This document shows, piece by piece, positions 38,925 through 51,618 of a stretch of 64,000 bases of DNA. The notes under the pieces were generated by a model that searched no databases, had not been told where the DNA came from, and was given only the letters and a program-made list of their open reading frames with translations. Numbering within the stretch: position 1 is the stretch's first letter; every line of letters starts with the position of its first letter. Location: contig NC_043008.1 in assembly GCF_006345805.1 (NCBI RefSeq), positions 37,820,001 to 37,884,000 of the forward strand. The letters are read 5' to 3'. This stretch comes from Octopus sinensis. Its lineage: Eukaryota. The position numbers and the translations under genes were made by a program.

Positions 38925-39400
38925 AGACTCTGTGTGCTTGTGTTTACTTGTCTTGACATCCTGTGATTGTTCTAAATGAAAATCATTTATTTGCATTATT
39001 CTGTAAAAGCATGTCTGGCCATAGAGAACTGTTTACCTTTCTTGGAAAGAGGTAAAGGCTGCCAACAAGAAAGTTATCTGGCTGTAGAACAATCTGCCTC
39101 AATAAATCCCATAGCTCCATCCAATTCATGCAAGCTTGGAAAGTGCCATTCAAGAATTTGGACCTGGAGATCTCCATTTCCAGCGACTTCGAGGGCCACC
39201 TCCCAGTGGTGTCGGGCATCAACGAAGACCCCTCGACTACAAGACGGCCCCAAAATTTTTTTTGTTTTTTCCAAGGTCTGGGGTCTCCCGCCCCTAAACC
39301 CTAGACCATCACCTAATCATCCTTACCCATCTTGTTGCTTAACAACAACAACAACAGCTTGGAAAGTAGATGTTAAAACGATGATGACAATGATGATGAA
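38925..39400 (+). mobile_element. Degenerate RTE-tail SINE-like repeat carrying an internal insertion
   Basis: Similar to 62140-62370; tail GGAAAGTAGATGTTAAAACGATGATG. Confidence 0.55.
39145..39355 (+). mobile_element. Short GC-rich retroposed insert with (AAC)n tail and 12-bp TSD
   Basis: AGCTTGGAAAGT at 39133-39144 and 39356-39367; ends (AAC)5. Confidence 0.7.
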
Positions 39401-39523
39401 GATGATGATCACTTCAACAACGATGATAATAACAACGATGACGACGACGACGATGATGATGATGATGATGATAGTGATATGTATATCACATTGCATTGCA
39501 GGGTCACATAGCAAGAAACTCAC

Positions 39524-39560
39524 CTGTACACTGTGACCAGTTGCACATCTGTGCGAACTT
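39524..39560 (-). other. Candidate 37-nt exon of an unidentified gene
   Basis: Minus strand TTTTTTTTTGTTCTTGTTTATTTTACAG|AAGTTCGC...GTGTACAG|GTGAGT; all three frames are open. Confidence 0.35.
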
Positions 39561-40328
39561 CTGTAAAATAAACAAGAACAAAAAAAAAATCTGCAAATTA
39601 AATCTTAGAGAAGATAAAATTAAAAAACAGGTTATATCAGTAAAAAATATAATTGATATTCAGATTTAATTTCAAAGAATTTATAAAAGGGGTGATAGAA
39701 AAAAAATGACAAAAGTGAGACAGAAAATCTATAAAGAAAATTTTAAAATAATTTCTTTCGATTAAAGGTTATAATCTTGTCTGGTTATGTTCAATAAGTT
39801 TGACTTTAACTCAAACGTTGAGTTCTAACAAAAATAATTAATAAAAATCAGAAACTATAATCATTAAAAACAACTACAATGAAGAAAGTTTTCTATAATT
39901 AATAAAATATTTCATAATTATTTTTTTTATATTAGCAAAATTAAATTTCATTAGAGAAATAAATAAAAATTTGTAAATATAAGTAAATTTTAAATTTGAA
40001 AACAAAAAATTAATTACAAAATCTTCAATTATAATATTTTTAATTGTAATTTAAAGAAAGATTTTGTTTCAATAATGATTCTGGTCTTTAGTTTTTTTTT
40101 TTACTTTTTAATAGGTTTTGGTTTTATTGTTCCAAGTTACAACTTGTGGATGCACTGAGTTGAATCATCAGTGATGCTTTTGGGGTTCCAGAGGACTTTA
40201 GGTCTTTCAGCAACAGATTCCATTACCTAGTCGACCCACCTAGAGTTGATCAAGTTCCAGCTTGTATCTCAATAGCAACAAAACCATCATTCTGCCAGCT
40301 GGGATTATAATTAAGTAATAAATTCAGT

Positions 40329-40592
40329 GTGGAGGCAAGTGGCTTAGTGGTTAGGGTGTTAGCATCGTGATCATAAGATTGTGGTTTCGATTCTTGGACC
40401 GGGCGATACGTTGTGTTCTTGAGCAAAACACTTCATTTCACGTTGCTCCATTCCACTCAGCTGGCAAAAGTGAGTAACACTGCGATGGACTGGCGTCCCA
40501 TCCAGCTGGGGAACACATGTGCCATTGAAACTGGGAAAATGGGCCCATGAGCCTGGCTGGGCTTTAAAAGGGCACATTTATTTTTATTTTTG
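40329..40592 (+). mobile_element. tRNA-derived SINE family D with TSD
   Basis: A/B boxes GTGGCTTAGTGGTTAG / GGTTTCGATTC; GCGATGGACTGGCGTCCCATCCAG block (resembles the V-SINE domain as I recall it); TSD ATAAATTCAGT at 40318-40328 and 40593-40603. Confidence 0.88.
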
Positions 40593-42804
40593 ATAAATTC
40601 AGTCCATAGTTTATAGTTAAATTTTGTGCAATTTCAGTTTATATTTCCAAGATACATCTCCAGAAATGTTTCTGGAGTTTCATGGAGTTTTGGGCCTTTC
40701 ATCATCAGATCCCCTTGCTCAGTTGTCTCAGCCAAGATTGAGCAAGTTTCAGCTTGCATCCTAGTATTGGCAAACCAACAGTCTACTCTATTTATCTGAG
40801 CAGGATTTTATTTAAATAGTAAATCTGGTCTTTACTTAAATCTTGAACAATTTTCAATTTTACTGTGAAGTATTCATGGTCAACCTGCATCCTGCAAGAC
40901 TTTTTGAATGGCATGCCTAAATAAACGTTGCATTGAACATGTTTGACGATGAGTGGTGTCTCATGTGGCTCACTTCTTGAAAAGGGTTGCTCAACCCTGG
41001 TATGAAGTTTGGTCAAGCTGTTCATTGAATTTTATAATTTGTCTACATTTTGCTGTTTTTGTTATACTCCTTTCTTTCTTTCTTTCTTTCTTTCTTATCT
41101 TTTTTTATTTCATTTTCTTTTTTTCTTCTTTCACAATTTTGTCTCTTCCTTTTCATTTTGTCTCCTTTTTTCTTTATCTTTCTTCCTCTTTTTGTTTTCT
41201 TCACATAGTACCCTCTACCTAGAGATCACATTTAGAAAAAAAAAACTATATAAATATTCTGTAAGATAGATCATAACAATTAACTAGATGCATCTAACAA
41301 GTTCTGCATGACTCACCTACTGTTTGCTCTTTACATTATCTACATATGTCTTTCATACTTCTCATGTTCTTCTACAATATGATATCATAATTGTTACATT
41401 TGCTATAAAGAGAGAGAGAGATAGAGGAGAAAGGAAGAGAGAGAGAGAGAGGGAGGGAAGGAAAGATTATTATTTCCTGTCAAGCCATTGCTATTATCCT
41501 ATCACTAGGTTCAAATCCAGCACCAATATAGTCACATTCACTATCCATATTCTGAATAAATGTTGGTGCCTGCTACAAATAGAATTTCTGACCGTTACAT
41601 AATGAGAGATTCTAATTAACTAGATTGTCACAGACTATTGTATATTGGAACAAAAACACAGAATGTGTTGAAGAAACTTTTATGCTAGTGATTGCTTTAT
41701 TTTACGGCCTAATTTTTTTTTTCTGAATCAGAAAAACAATGAAGCCAATTAGCTCTAACCTCTTCAGTGCTAAGCAGACATAAAATAAATCTTCTTGAAC
41801 AAGGTATGAACACTACAATCCAAAAAATCGCTTATCTGCCATTTCTTGTCATTGACACATCATCACAGATTTACATCCACTTTTCCATGCTGGCATGGAT
41901 TGGACAGTTCTTTTTCTGATACAATCTTTTATGCCCAGATACTTTTCTATCACCAACCCTTTTAGTAATTTTATTTTTACACAGAGAGATGCAGTATATT
42001 TGTTCTAAAATCTAGAGACATATGGTAAATTTTTTTGTCATTGCATGATAAAATAAATTTCTCTGTGATATCTAAGGAATTCTCAGGTGAACTGTACTAT
42101 TGAAAGTTGGTCATTTTCATCTTGGACTTACTAAGTGCTAGAGACATGATTGAATCTATAAACTGTTTGAGGTTTGTAGTTTTACCCATCAGTTTGGCAA
42201 TGTATGATGTTTAGAATAAAGAGTATCTCATTAAAAGTTCTTGTTTATCCCTTAGTGAGGAGAGAAGGGTAATATCCATGGTCTTATAGATTCCACGCCA
42301 CTCTATGTTCACTGGGAAGGAGGAGGGTATCCTCAAACTGCAGCTCTAGCTCAAATTCTTGCATCAGAATAGACTCTGTTAAAGGCATTCAAGGACTAGG
42401 CCCTTATCTGAAACCAAATGATAGATTAAGTCTACTACATAAGCAATTCAAATCCCATTGCCAGATTTGAATTCAGAGTACAAAGGAACTAAACAATACA
42501 ACAACGCATCCCAAAGACAAGGTAGTTTGTCTGACATTCTAGTGATTCTACTAGCCTGTCTCTTGCCCTTGACAAGTACTTTAGTTATTCACTCCTGAAG
42601 GACAAAAGACAAAGTTGATCTCAACAAAATTTGAACTCAGAATGTAAGAATCTGGAATAAATACCACAGGGCATTTCATCTAATACTCAACGACTTCCAC
42701 ATCGCTACCAATGCTTTACATGTTTATTGGAACAAAAATACAGAACGTGTTGAAGAACTTTTATGCTAGTGATTGCTTTATTTTGCGGCCTAATTTATTT
42801 TTCT

Positions 42805-43020
42805 TTTAAGACAGCAAGCTGGCAGAATTGTTAGCATGCCAGGCTAAGTGTTTGGCAGCATTTTTGTCCATCTTTATGATCTGGATTCAAATTCTGTTGA
42901 GGTCAACTTTGCCATTCATCCTTTCAGAATCAATGAAATAAGCACCAGTTGAGTACTGGGGTCAATGTAATTGACATTCCTCCTTCCACAAAATTGCTGA
43001 CCTTCTGCTAAGATCTAATA
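42805..43020 (+). mobile_element. SINE family B
   Basis: Head GCAAGCTGGCAGAATTG and core TTCATCCTTTCAGAATCAATGAAATAAGCACCAG. Confidence 0.75.
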
Positions 43021-44758
43021 CCAATATTCTATACCCTATTGTTATTAGATACCAAAGAGAAATTAAAAAACAATGAACCTCTAGGAAATTTGGTATCTTT
43101 TGAAAGATCAGGTGTACATAGACTAAAACAGATCAGATCCAAAACTTGATCAAGGAATGGCATGCTGCTTAGATGAATGTAAATTATAAAATAACAGAAG
43201 AATATCAACTATTGATAGTTACAGAAATAAAATGAATTATCATTGATTATTGAATCCTTCATTGATAGGAGACTGGATCTGGATCCTTTAGAGAGTTGCC
43301 AAAATGGTATAAAGTTGTAATGATTATTAACTAATATTAGATATCTCATTCACCATCCTATTTAGGAAACGAAAATTCGCTTATGTTTTGAGGGGATATG
43401 TTTTGAAAGTGGTGTGTAGATCTGGTTTCAAGCTGTCAATGAAGCAAAGGAAAAATTAATCTCTTATCTCTGCATTTGATGCTAATCTATGGTAGCTAGT
43501 ATTCTCAAGTGACTCAGTATCCAATTCTTCAATCACTGCCAGAACTGAGACAAAAACCAAGGAAGTTCCTAACAACTATTAAAGTCAATAGTTTCTATCA
43601 TGCCTCCAGCACTGATTGAATCCCAACTCAAAACATTTAACGTTCACTGGTAGAATTCATCTTAGTAATGCCTACATACCACATGGTAATATATTTATAA
43701 AAAAAAAAGATTGAGAACGTGGTTGCTTGAGATGCTAGAAATAGCATCCAAATTTCCTTCAAAATGCAGCCTTACATTATAAACATAAAATGTACATCTT
43801 AGCCAATGTACTCATACAATTTTAATCTTGTTATATATGAAGGCAAAGTGTGTGGGGTGTGTGTTTATAAATATTACTTCCATTCTGTTTCAGCTGTGGG
43901 TATTTTATAATATTGTTGTAATCCTTAATGTCTGATATAACAGTATAGTTAGTAAGATAAGTAAGACCACAACTATCTATAACCATCTACTTCGTACTCT
44001 CTCCTATACTGACCGACGTTAACTTATTTATAGCAACTAGCACATACCACACATCACGTGGGAGGGGTGTACCATTATTACTATTTCCCCGCAACAAATA
44101 TATTATTTTAGGCCTTTTGTTATTTGCAAAGGTAGGGAATTATAAAAAGTGTGTTTGTACTCATGTATAAGAATTGGAATAAAAATATATTTAATTTAAC
44201 TGAAAGGTAAAAATTTCTACATATTAATCAAATTGCTAATAGAACAATGAATCTCTAGAGAGCAACATATTGACCAACAAGCTTTACACCTACCCATATA
44301 TTTTTGTGAACACCAAAGCACAAGTGAAACAAATGCCTATACTTACAACACCATGACATGCCTAACTAGTAACCCTCAGTTTCCAAATACAAACAGGAAA
44401 TATCCTAAACAACAACAACAAGTAAAGAAACTGACCAGCTGAAACATGCCATCCACTTCTATTTTTTTATGAACCCTTAAAAGATTTCATTACAAAAAAG
44501 ATGACACACCCAATTATTTAAGTTTTAAATACTGGACTAAATTTTGAACCTTTGATTTTTACATTGTCAAAGCTGAAGATTAAATCCAATAAAACCAAAA
44601 GTAACTAAAACTATTGACACAGCTGATCAAAAAGCTTCTTATACCTACAAGTAAAAGAATAAAAAGAATATGAAGATTTACTCCTAACTATTTATCTACC
44701 TGCTAATATACAAATACATACATACATACATACATACATACATACATACATACATACA

Positions 44759-44880
<122 letters not shown>

Positions 44881-44881
44881 C

Positions 44882-45150
44882 TAAATTAATATGTTACCAT
44901 TATTCAATAGCCAAGATAAAACTCTGAGTTTCGGATGTGAAAGTGGAAATCCATAGCACCATCTCTTCGGTTTTCTGGCCAGATAACTGAAGAGATGATG
45001 TTGTGAATTTCCACTTCGGCATCTGAAACTCAGAGTTTTCTCTTGGCTATTGAATAATTGTAACATATTAATTTACAGATAAATTTCTCTATTTACATAA
45101 TATTGAGGTCTCTTTCTTTCTTTTGTTATCTTACCGTTTTTACCAAATAT
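44882..45150. mobile_element. Spacer-less 194-bp palindrome with a one-sided 3' extension, embedded in (TA)n
   Basis: 97-bp arms centred between 44978 and 44979 (TGG|CCA), about 12 mismatches by hand count. Confidence 0.8.
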
Positions 45151-46050
45151 ATATATATATCTCAAGTGATTAACCAGACTATTGGTTGCTGTTGTACATC
45201 ACTGGTCACAATGCAATTTGTGTCATTTTAACTTTTGACAGATACCCCTCCTCCAGTTAGGGCAGCAGGCCAACATACCTCATTTTCAGCTGAGTGGAAT
45301 GGAGTAACATGAAATGAAGTACTTTGCTTTGGTTACATAATGTGTAACCAGTCTAAGAATTGAAACCACAATCTTACAATGATGAGTGCAACACACCAAA
45401 CCACTTAGTCATACACCTTCATATATAAATATACATACACACATACATATGCATAAAATATACATGTATATATGAGCATGTGTCTGTGTCCTTATAAACA
45501 AGCAATAAAAAAAACTAAAATTTTGATGCTTTCAAATGTTGCTAAATTTTGCTAAATTTAATCTCATATCAGGCATGTCTCTACACAAAATATTTGAGTT
45601 CTTTTCTTACAGCAAGCTAACATTTTTGTCCATTCTTTTTAAAATGCATAATCTTCGACCCTCTCCACTTTCCCCTTCTCTCTCACTTTCTTGAACCTGG
45701 CTTTACTCCTCTGGCTTTATCTTTATGTTTTCATATTAGCACTGTCTGTCTATCTGTTATTCTATCAACGTCTATCTTTTCCTTCTTCTTATTAGCTAAG
45801 CTCACAAAACACTGCCACCTTTTGTATGTTTCCACCATCGACTCTAAGCATCAATAAAATTCTCCTCTAAACACTCTTGATTATGCTGATTATTCACACT
45901 AAAATTGCTATTAGTGAAGAACATGAAATAATTTCTTGCTTTCTAACAATTTTTTCTTCTTTATTGTTGTTGTTGTTACTATTATTATTATCATAAAAAA
46001 AATTTTTTGGTTGAATTCAATATTTATGAAAGTGTGAATAATGATAAAAA

Positions 46051-46085
<35 letters not shown>

Positions 46086-46749
46086 TAATAATAATGGAAG
46101 TAACAAAAATACTAAGATAATACCTTTGGTAATAACAAAAATCGTAATAGTACAAATATAACGAAAATAGCTACAATAAATAGTAATAACAACAATGCAA
46201 TGATAATGATAAGAATAAGAACAGTAACAACAAGAATAATGGTAGTACCACAAGCAATAATAATGAGTTCTTTTATTAGCCACAAGGGTCCGAGATATTG
46301 TGGACAATAATGGGAAAGCTATATATGAAAGAGAAAAAAATAGCAAAAGTGAAACAGTAGGGGATTTAGAATGAATAAATGGATGCGAACAAGAACAATA
46401 AAGACACTTTCATAACTAAATAATGATAAATAGCAATAACAAGCATAAAACTACAAGAACAAGAAAGAACATGAAAATAAAATGTGAGACACACATGTGG
46501 AGGGCTGTTCTGGATTACTTCGATGTAGTAATGCCAAGTGTGCCAAAACTATGGCTACAATGAAAGACTGAGGCCAATTTGGCTGTGCCAATTTTCACCA
46601 TTCTTATCCACCATTTGTAAAATTTACTGCAGGGCAGCATCTCCCTTTTCACCATCACCTTCTTCTTTAAGTACCACTTGAAGAATGATAATTGTTTTCT
46701 AAACATTAGACATAATCTGCCTGTGGGTGTTGATCTTTATATACATTAA

Positions 46750-46765
46750 AATATGTATATGTATA

Positions 46766-46809
<44 letters not shown>

Positions 46810-46834
46810 TATATATATACACATATATATACAT

Positions 46835-46889
<55 letters not shown>

Positions 46890-46942
46890 GTACATATCTA
46901 TCTACCCATCTATCTATCTACCTATATATATATATGTATATG

Positions 46943-46974
<32 letters not shown>

Positions 46975-47006
46975 ATATATATATATATATAATATATATA
47001 TATATC

Positions 47007-47050
<44 letters not shown>

Positions 47051-47080
47051 TGTATATAAGTATATAAGTATATATGTATA

Positions 47081-47140
<60 letters not shown>
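46750..47140. repeat. Long interrupted (TA)n tract
   Basis: Directly visible. Confidence 0.95.
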
Positions 47141-47143
<3 letters not shown>

Positions 47144-47409
47144 CATTTGAAGAGCTGGTGGTAGGATTATACAGTGAATAATAGGATCGCAAAAACAGAA
47201 GAAAAGATATCAAGTGAAAAGGAGAAAAAAAAACAAATAATGCAAGAAATAAAGAAATTGATTTAGAAAGAAAATAAACATGCCTTACAGAACTGTTTAA
47301 TTGGAGTAATAGAAATTATAAAGATAGGAGAGGAAAATAGTATTTGTGTTGTGGCTATTATTATTGTTTATACTATTGTGGATTATCATTATTATTGTTA
47401 TTATTATTA

Positions 47410-47462
<53 letters not shown>

Positions 47463-47971
47463 TGTCGTTATTGTTGTTGTTGTTGTTGTTTTCTTTTTAA
47501 CTTAAGTTTTGGAAGAATCTTAAATGGCTTTTAGATATGTGGCAGAAGAAAGAGAAAGAAGCAAAGAAGAAGAGGGAGGAGGAGGAGAAGGAGGAGGAGA
47601 AGAAGAAGGAGAAGAAGAAGAAGAAGAGTATCTATTTGTCAATAACATGTGTCAGAATTTTTGTGAGGCTTAAATTTCTCTATGTGGTATTGATTTTATT
47701 TATATTTTTATTTTGATTTTTGTTTTTGTTTTACATCATCTTATTCCTTCTCTCTTCCCAATGCTCTTAGACATTACATAGAATATGGTGTCTCTCTGGC
47801 CTCAAGTGTCGTACACAGATTTCAATTTCTGCAAGAGATGAAAGCTCTTCAAATATTAAAAGCAAAAAAAAAAAATCTGTGTTGATTTAAAGATTTAATT
47901 GGGGAAGGGGACATTTGGAGGACACACATGTACATAAGTGTATGCGTATTATATATATATTATATATATAT

Positions 47972-48002
<31 letters not shown>

Positions 48003-48142
48003 TTACATATAGCACATATTATTATTGAATAAGAGCATGGAAAGTATGCACTATCTCTCTGTGTATATATAAGCACAAACACAAATACACACACACACAT
48101 ATATATATGCATATGTACATACCTAAATATATATACATATAT

Positions 48143-48177
<35 letters not shown>

Positions 48178-48283
48178 AATATATATATATAATATATATA
48201 TATAATATATATATATATATATACATATACATGTATATATGCATATACAAGTATGTGTATATATATATATACACACACACATA

Positions 48284-48617
48284 CACTATGTGATCAAAAG
48301 TATCTGGACAACCCAGGATATGTGTGCTTATCATAGAAGGAGACACAGTAGATCGCAGAGGGTGCCACAGGACTACCATTTACCCTGCAGAACACATGGT
48401 CAGCGATCTCTGTAGCTGGTAGACGGCACTAGACAGCTGAATAGGACACGCTGTAGAACTAATGGACTTTCAGTGTGGTCAGGTGATCAAGTGCCACTTG
48501 TCTAATAATCCTGTACTCGAGATTGCCCCTCTCTTGAACGTCTCTAGGTCCACTGTTTCTCAGGAAATAGTGAAGTGGAAGCATGAAGGGATGTGTACAA
48601 CCTAAAAGTGTTCAGGC
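48284..48617 (+). mobile_element. 5' fragment of a Tc1 transposon
   Basis: TA|CACTATGTGATCAAAAGTATCTGGACA TIR; translation from 48441 IGHAVELMDFQCGQVIKCHLSNNPVLEIAPLLNVSRSTVSQEIVKWKHEG (paired-like HTH). Confidence 0.8.
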
Positions 48618-49290
48618 AACAAAACATTTGGACAGTTAGATGATACAAAAAAGGACAGGAAAAACAAAGATGCTTCATTTGGATCGTTCAATCTTCAGTC
48701 GAGTACCAGATCATCTTTGCAGTTTTGGCCAGTTAATCTCAATACTGCTCTAATCTGGCTGGCCTCAAGAAAATCTAAGCTAAGAGCACTAGATTCTTTG
48801 GAAGAAAGCAAGCGAAAGTATACAACAAGGACGGAAAAAATCGGAGAAATGTTACACAATTACAAATACAAACAACAGGACATTAACAACACGTGTCTTT
48901 TGACTAAGGGCGAATTAAATTAAGCTGGCATGTGTGGTAGTGAAGCCTTATGGCAGGAACATAATAGATGAAAATCATGGGATGGGATATAAGAGATGCT
49001 ACAAGGATGGTAGTAAAACCAAGAAAGAAAGGTTAGGCTTGGTGGAACACTGGTCATGTGGAAGGAGAGGAGAGAGGTAGGGGTAGAGGGACTGAAGAAT
49101 TAGGGAGGAACAAGAAAGCGAGAAAAAAGGACAGGAGCAGAGTGAGGTAAAGGAGGAGGGAAAGTAATGAGAATGAAGGGAGGGTGGGAGTGAGAAAAAG
49201 AAAAGTGGAAGGAACGAAGAAAGTGTGAAGGGGGCTAAAGGAAAGAGTTAAAGAGTCGTACAGAATTTATATATATATATATATATATAT

Positions 49291-49483
49291 AAAATAAAAT
49301 ATATTTTAAAACATATAACTAGTTCACAAAAAGTACAAAAGTGAATAAACAATAAATTTGATTGTAATTTGAATTTAAATTATAGCAATGAAATGTACAT
49401 CGCCTTTTTACTTATTATATATTGTTTATTCATTTTTGTACTCTTTGTGATCTAGTTATATGCTTTAAAATATATTTTATTTT
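49291..49483. mobile_element. AT-rich fold-back/MITE-like element with 64-bp arms
   Basis: 49291-49354 versus the reverse complement at 49420-49483, 4 mismatches. Confidence 0.7.
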
Positions 49484-49549
49484 TTATTTATGATTTGGTT
49501 TATGTCTATCATTGTTTGAATTGCATAATCGTGTTTTTCTCTAATTCAT

Positions 49550-49830
<281 letters not shown>

Positions 49831-50650
49831 GAGACAGTGAGAGATACAGAGACAGGCAGGCAGACAGACCTTGTGAAGTGAGCATTAACTGTACAGATGT
49901 ACAAATAAACGAACAAAGTGTTTGCAAAGAACTCAATAAATAAAATGTTTAATTAAGGAAGGAAAAAAAGAATTAACAAAAAATGGTTCTTATAAATGCA
50001 AACAACAGTAAAAACATTCCACAAAATATAATACATCATCATCATTATCATTATATATTTTACACAAAACCCTGTATAAAATATCACTCAAATTGAAATA
50101 TGATCCTAATTCTAAACAATTAAAGAGATTTTAGAAGAATTTCACATTTATCTTTGTTTTATTGTCATGCTATTGTTATTAGAGGGAGATGTCCTGCTGA
50201 TGTAGAAATTAATACCAGTTTGATAATTACAGAAATAATCTATTTGCTATATTTTCTAAGGCCCAAGAAACTTTTTAAAAATCTGCACTGAACTTTACTT
50301 TAGATTGTTCAATAAATGTATTATAAGTATATAGTCTGGGATACAATTCTATATTGCAGAAAGGAGTCTATTCTATATATACTGTGTTGCCCACTGACAC
50401 TCATTGACGCTACTTCGAAGAGGCCAGGGGAAAGAAGAAAGAAGACATGCACTCAACACCAGAGCTGAAGACACTCACCGCCACATCAAAATGGTAGAGG
50501 AGTAGGGGCCGAAACCGGACATGATTCCTCCTGATGATGTCTTGAGCTAACTGGATCCTATAAAGGAGCTGTTTTGGTAACAGACCACGAAACACGGTTG
50601 AAATTCCTGTGTATATCAATTAGATTGGTGTCCTCATCTTGATTGTTGCT

Positions 50651-50696
50651 TTCACAACATTTCAGCTGTTGTAAGCTCCAGCCATCTTCAGGTGTT
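50651..50696 (-). ncRNA. Minimal type-I hammerhead ribozyme-like motif (degenerate)
   Basis: Minus strand AACAC-CTGAAGA-T-GGCTG-GAGCTTACAA-CAGCT-GAAA-TGTT-GTG; stem II pairs fully. Confidence 0.55.
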
Positions 50697-51072
50697 CAAT
50701 CCAGTTGCTGTATTGGAATTTTGAACTTTACATTGTATTTGATCTCCATGGGTACACTGCTCTCAATCTGCTCTCTGTATTTTGTGACCCTTTTTTTTTT
50801 GCTTCAGTTGAATTATGCGAATTATGTAAGGATTGAACTCAGAGGCTGTAAGGTGACTGCACTGCTTAGTAGAGAAAGACATTGGTTAATGTAGTGCAGC
50901 TACCTAGTGGCTCTGAGTTCAATCCCGGGCAAAGGATAATTCACATAATTCATCTGAAGCAAAAAAAAAAAAAATCATGAAATGCTGTGAGTGGATTGAG
51001 ATCGGTGTACCCCTGGAGATCAAATAAGAAGTAGGGCTTGAAATTCCAATACAACAACTGAATTCAACACAA

Positions 51073-51116
51073 GACACCTGAAGAAAGCAGGAGCATACAA
51101 CAGTTGGAATGTAGTG
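51073..51116 (+). ncRNA. Decayed hammerhead-like motif
   Basis: GACAC-CTGAAGA-A-AGCAG-GAGCATACAA-CAGTT-GGAA-TGTA-GTG; the core GAAA is mutated to GGAA. Confidence 0.4.
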
Positions 51117-51232
51117 AAAGTAACAACCAAGATGAGGACAGCAGTCTGACTAATATAAACAATATATATACACTGGGATAGAATACTAACCTATCTTTGG
51201 TAACATTCCCCAACTTTCTGACAACTTAGTAT

Positions 51233-51501
51233 TGTTGTTTGCTCCTTCTTGAGCCATGCCTGGCTCATAAGGGCTGGTTTCCTTGGCGTATAGGTTCCCC
51301 ACCTGGACGGGACACCAGTCTGTCACAGGTGAGCTGCAAGATCCAGGAGGAAAGAGTGAGAGAAAGTTGTGGCAAAAGAGTCAGCAGAAGTTCACCATTA
51401 CCTTCTGTCTCATAAACACACACATCACCCAGTCTGAGATTCGAACCTGCGATCCCTCGACCATGAGTCCGCTGCTCTTACCACTAGGCCATGTGCCTCC
51501 A
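51233..51501 (-). mobile_element. SINE family C with TSD
   Basis: TSD CTGACAACTTAGTAT (51218-51232) / CTGACGACTTAGTAT (51502-51516). Confidence 0.9.
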
Positions 51502-51586
51502 CTGACGACTTAGTATACTGGGACGATTTAGTAAAATTCTACTGATGATGACGATGATTTATATATTCATGTGTGTGTGTGTGTGT

Positions 51587-51618
<32 letters not shown>

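Larger units (their letters stand above)
50383..51162. mobile_element. Head-to-head inverted pair of a second tRNA-headed, hammerhead-bearing non-coding retroelement
   Basis: 50620-50870 is the reverse complement of 50885-51160; both arms have B-box GAGTTCAATCC, an oligo-A tract, the CTGAAGA motif and CAAGATGAGGACA; the minus arm extends about 240 bp further. Confidence 0.75.

Noticed and set aside
40700-41030. Possible decayed GIY-YIG/Penelope 3' end with CTGATGA on the minus strand
   Set aside because: Too degenerate: no clear GIY/YIG motif and no pairing stem II.
41317-41402. Exon-like AG...GTGAGT pair on the minus strand
   Set aside because: All three frames contain stops; possibly a non-coding exon but unsupported.
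44347-44404. Exon-like TTTAG...GTAAGT pair on the minus strand
   Set aside because: All three frames are closed, which shows such pairs arise by chance here.
46515-46706. 63-aa ORF in a locally GC-richer patch
   Set aside because: No recognisable homology in any frame; likely a decayed TE.
48630-48930. Minus-strand CTGAAGA-containing segment resembling a PLE terminus
   Set aside because: No GAAA at the right spacing and no pairing stem.
50410-50619. 69-aa minus-strand ORF
   Set aside because: It lies inside the 3' extension of the inverted retroelement, with no splice or homology support.
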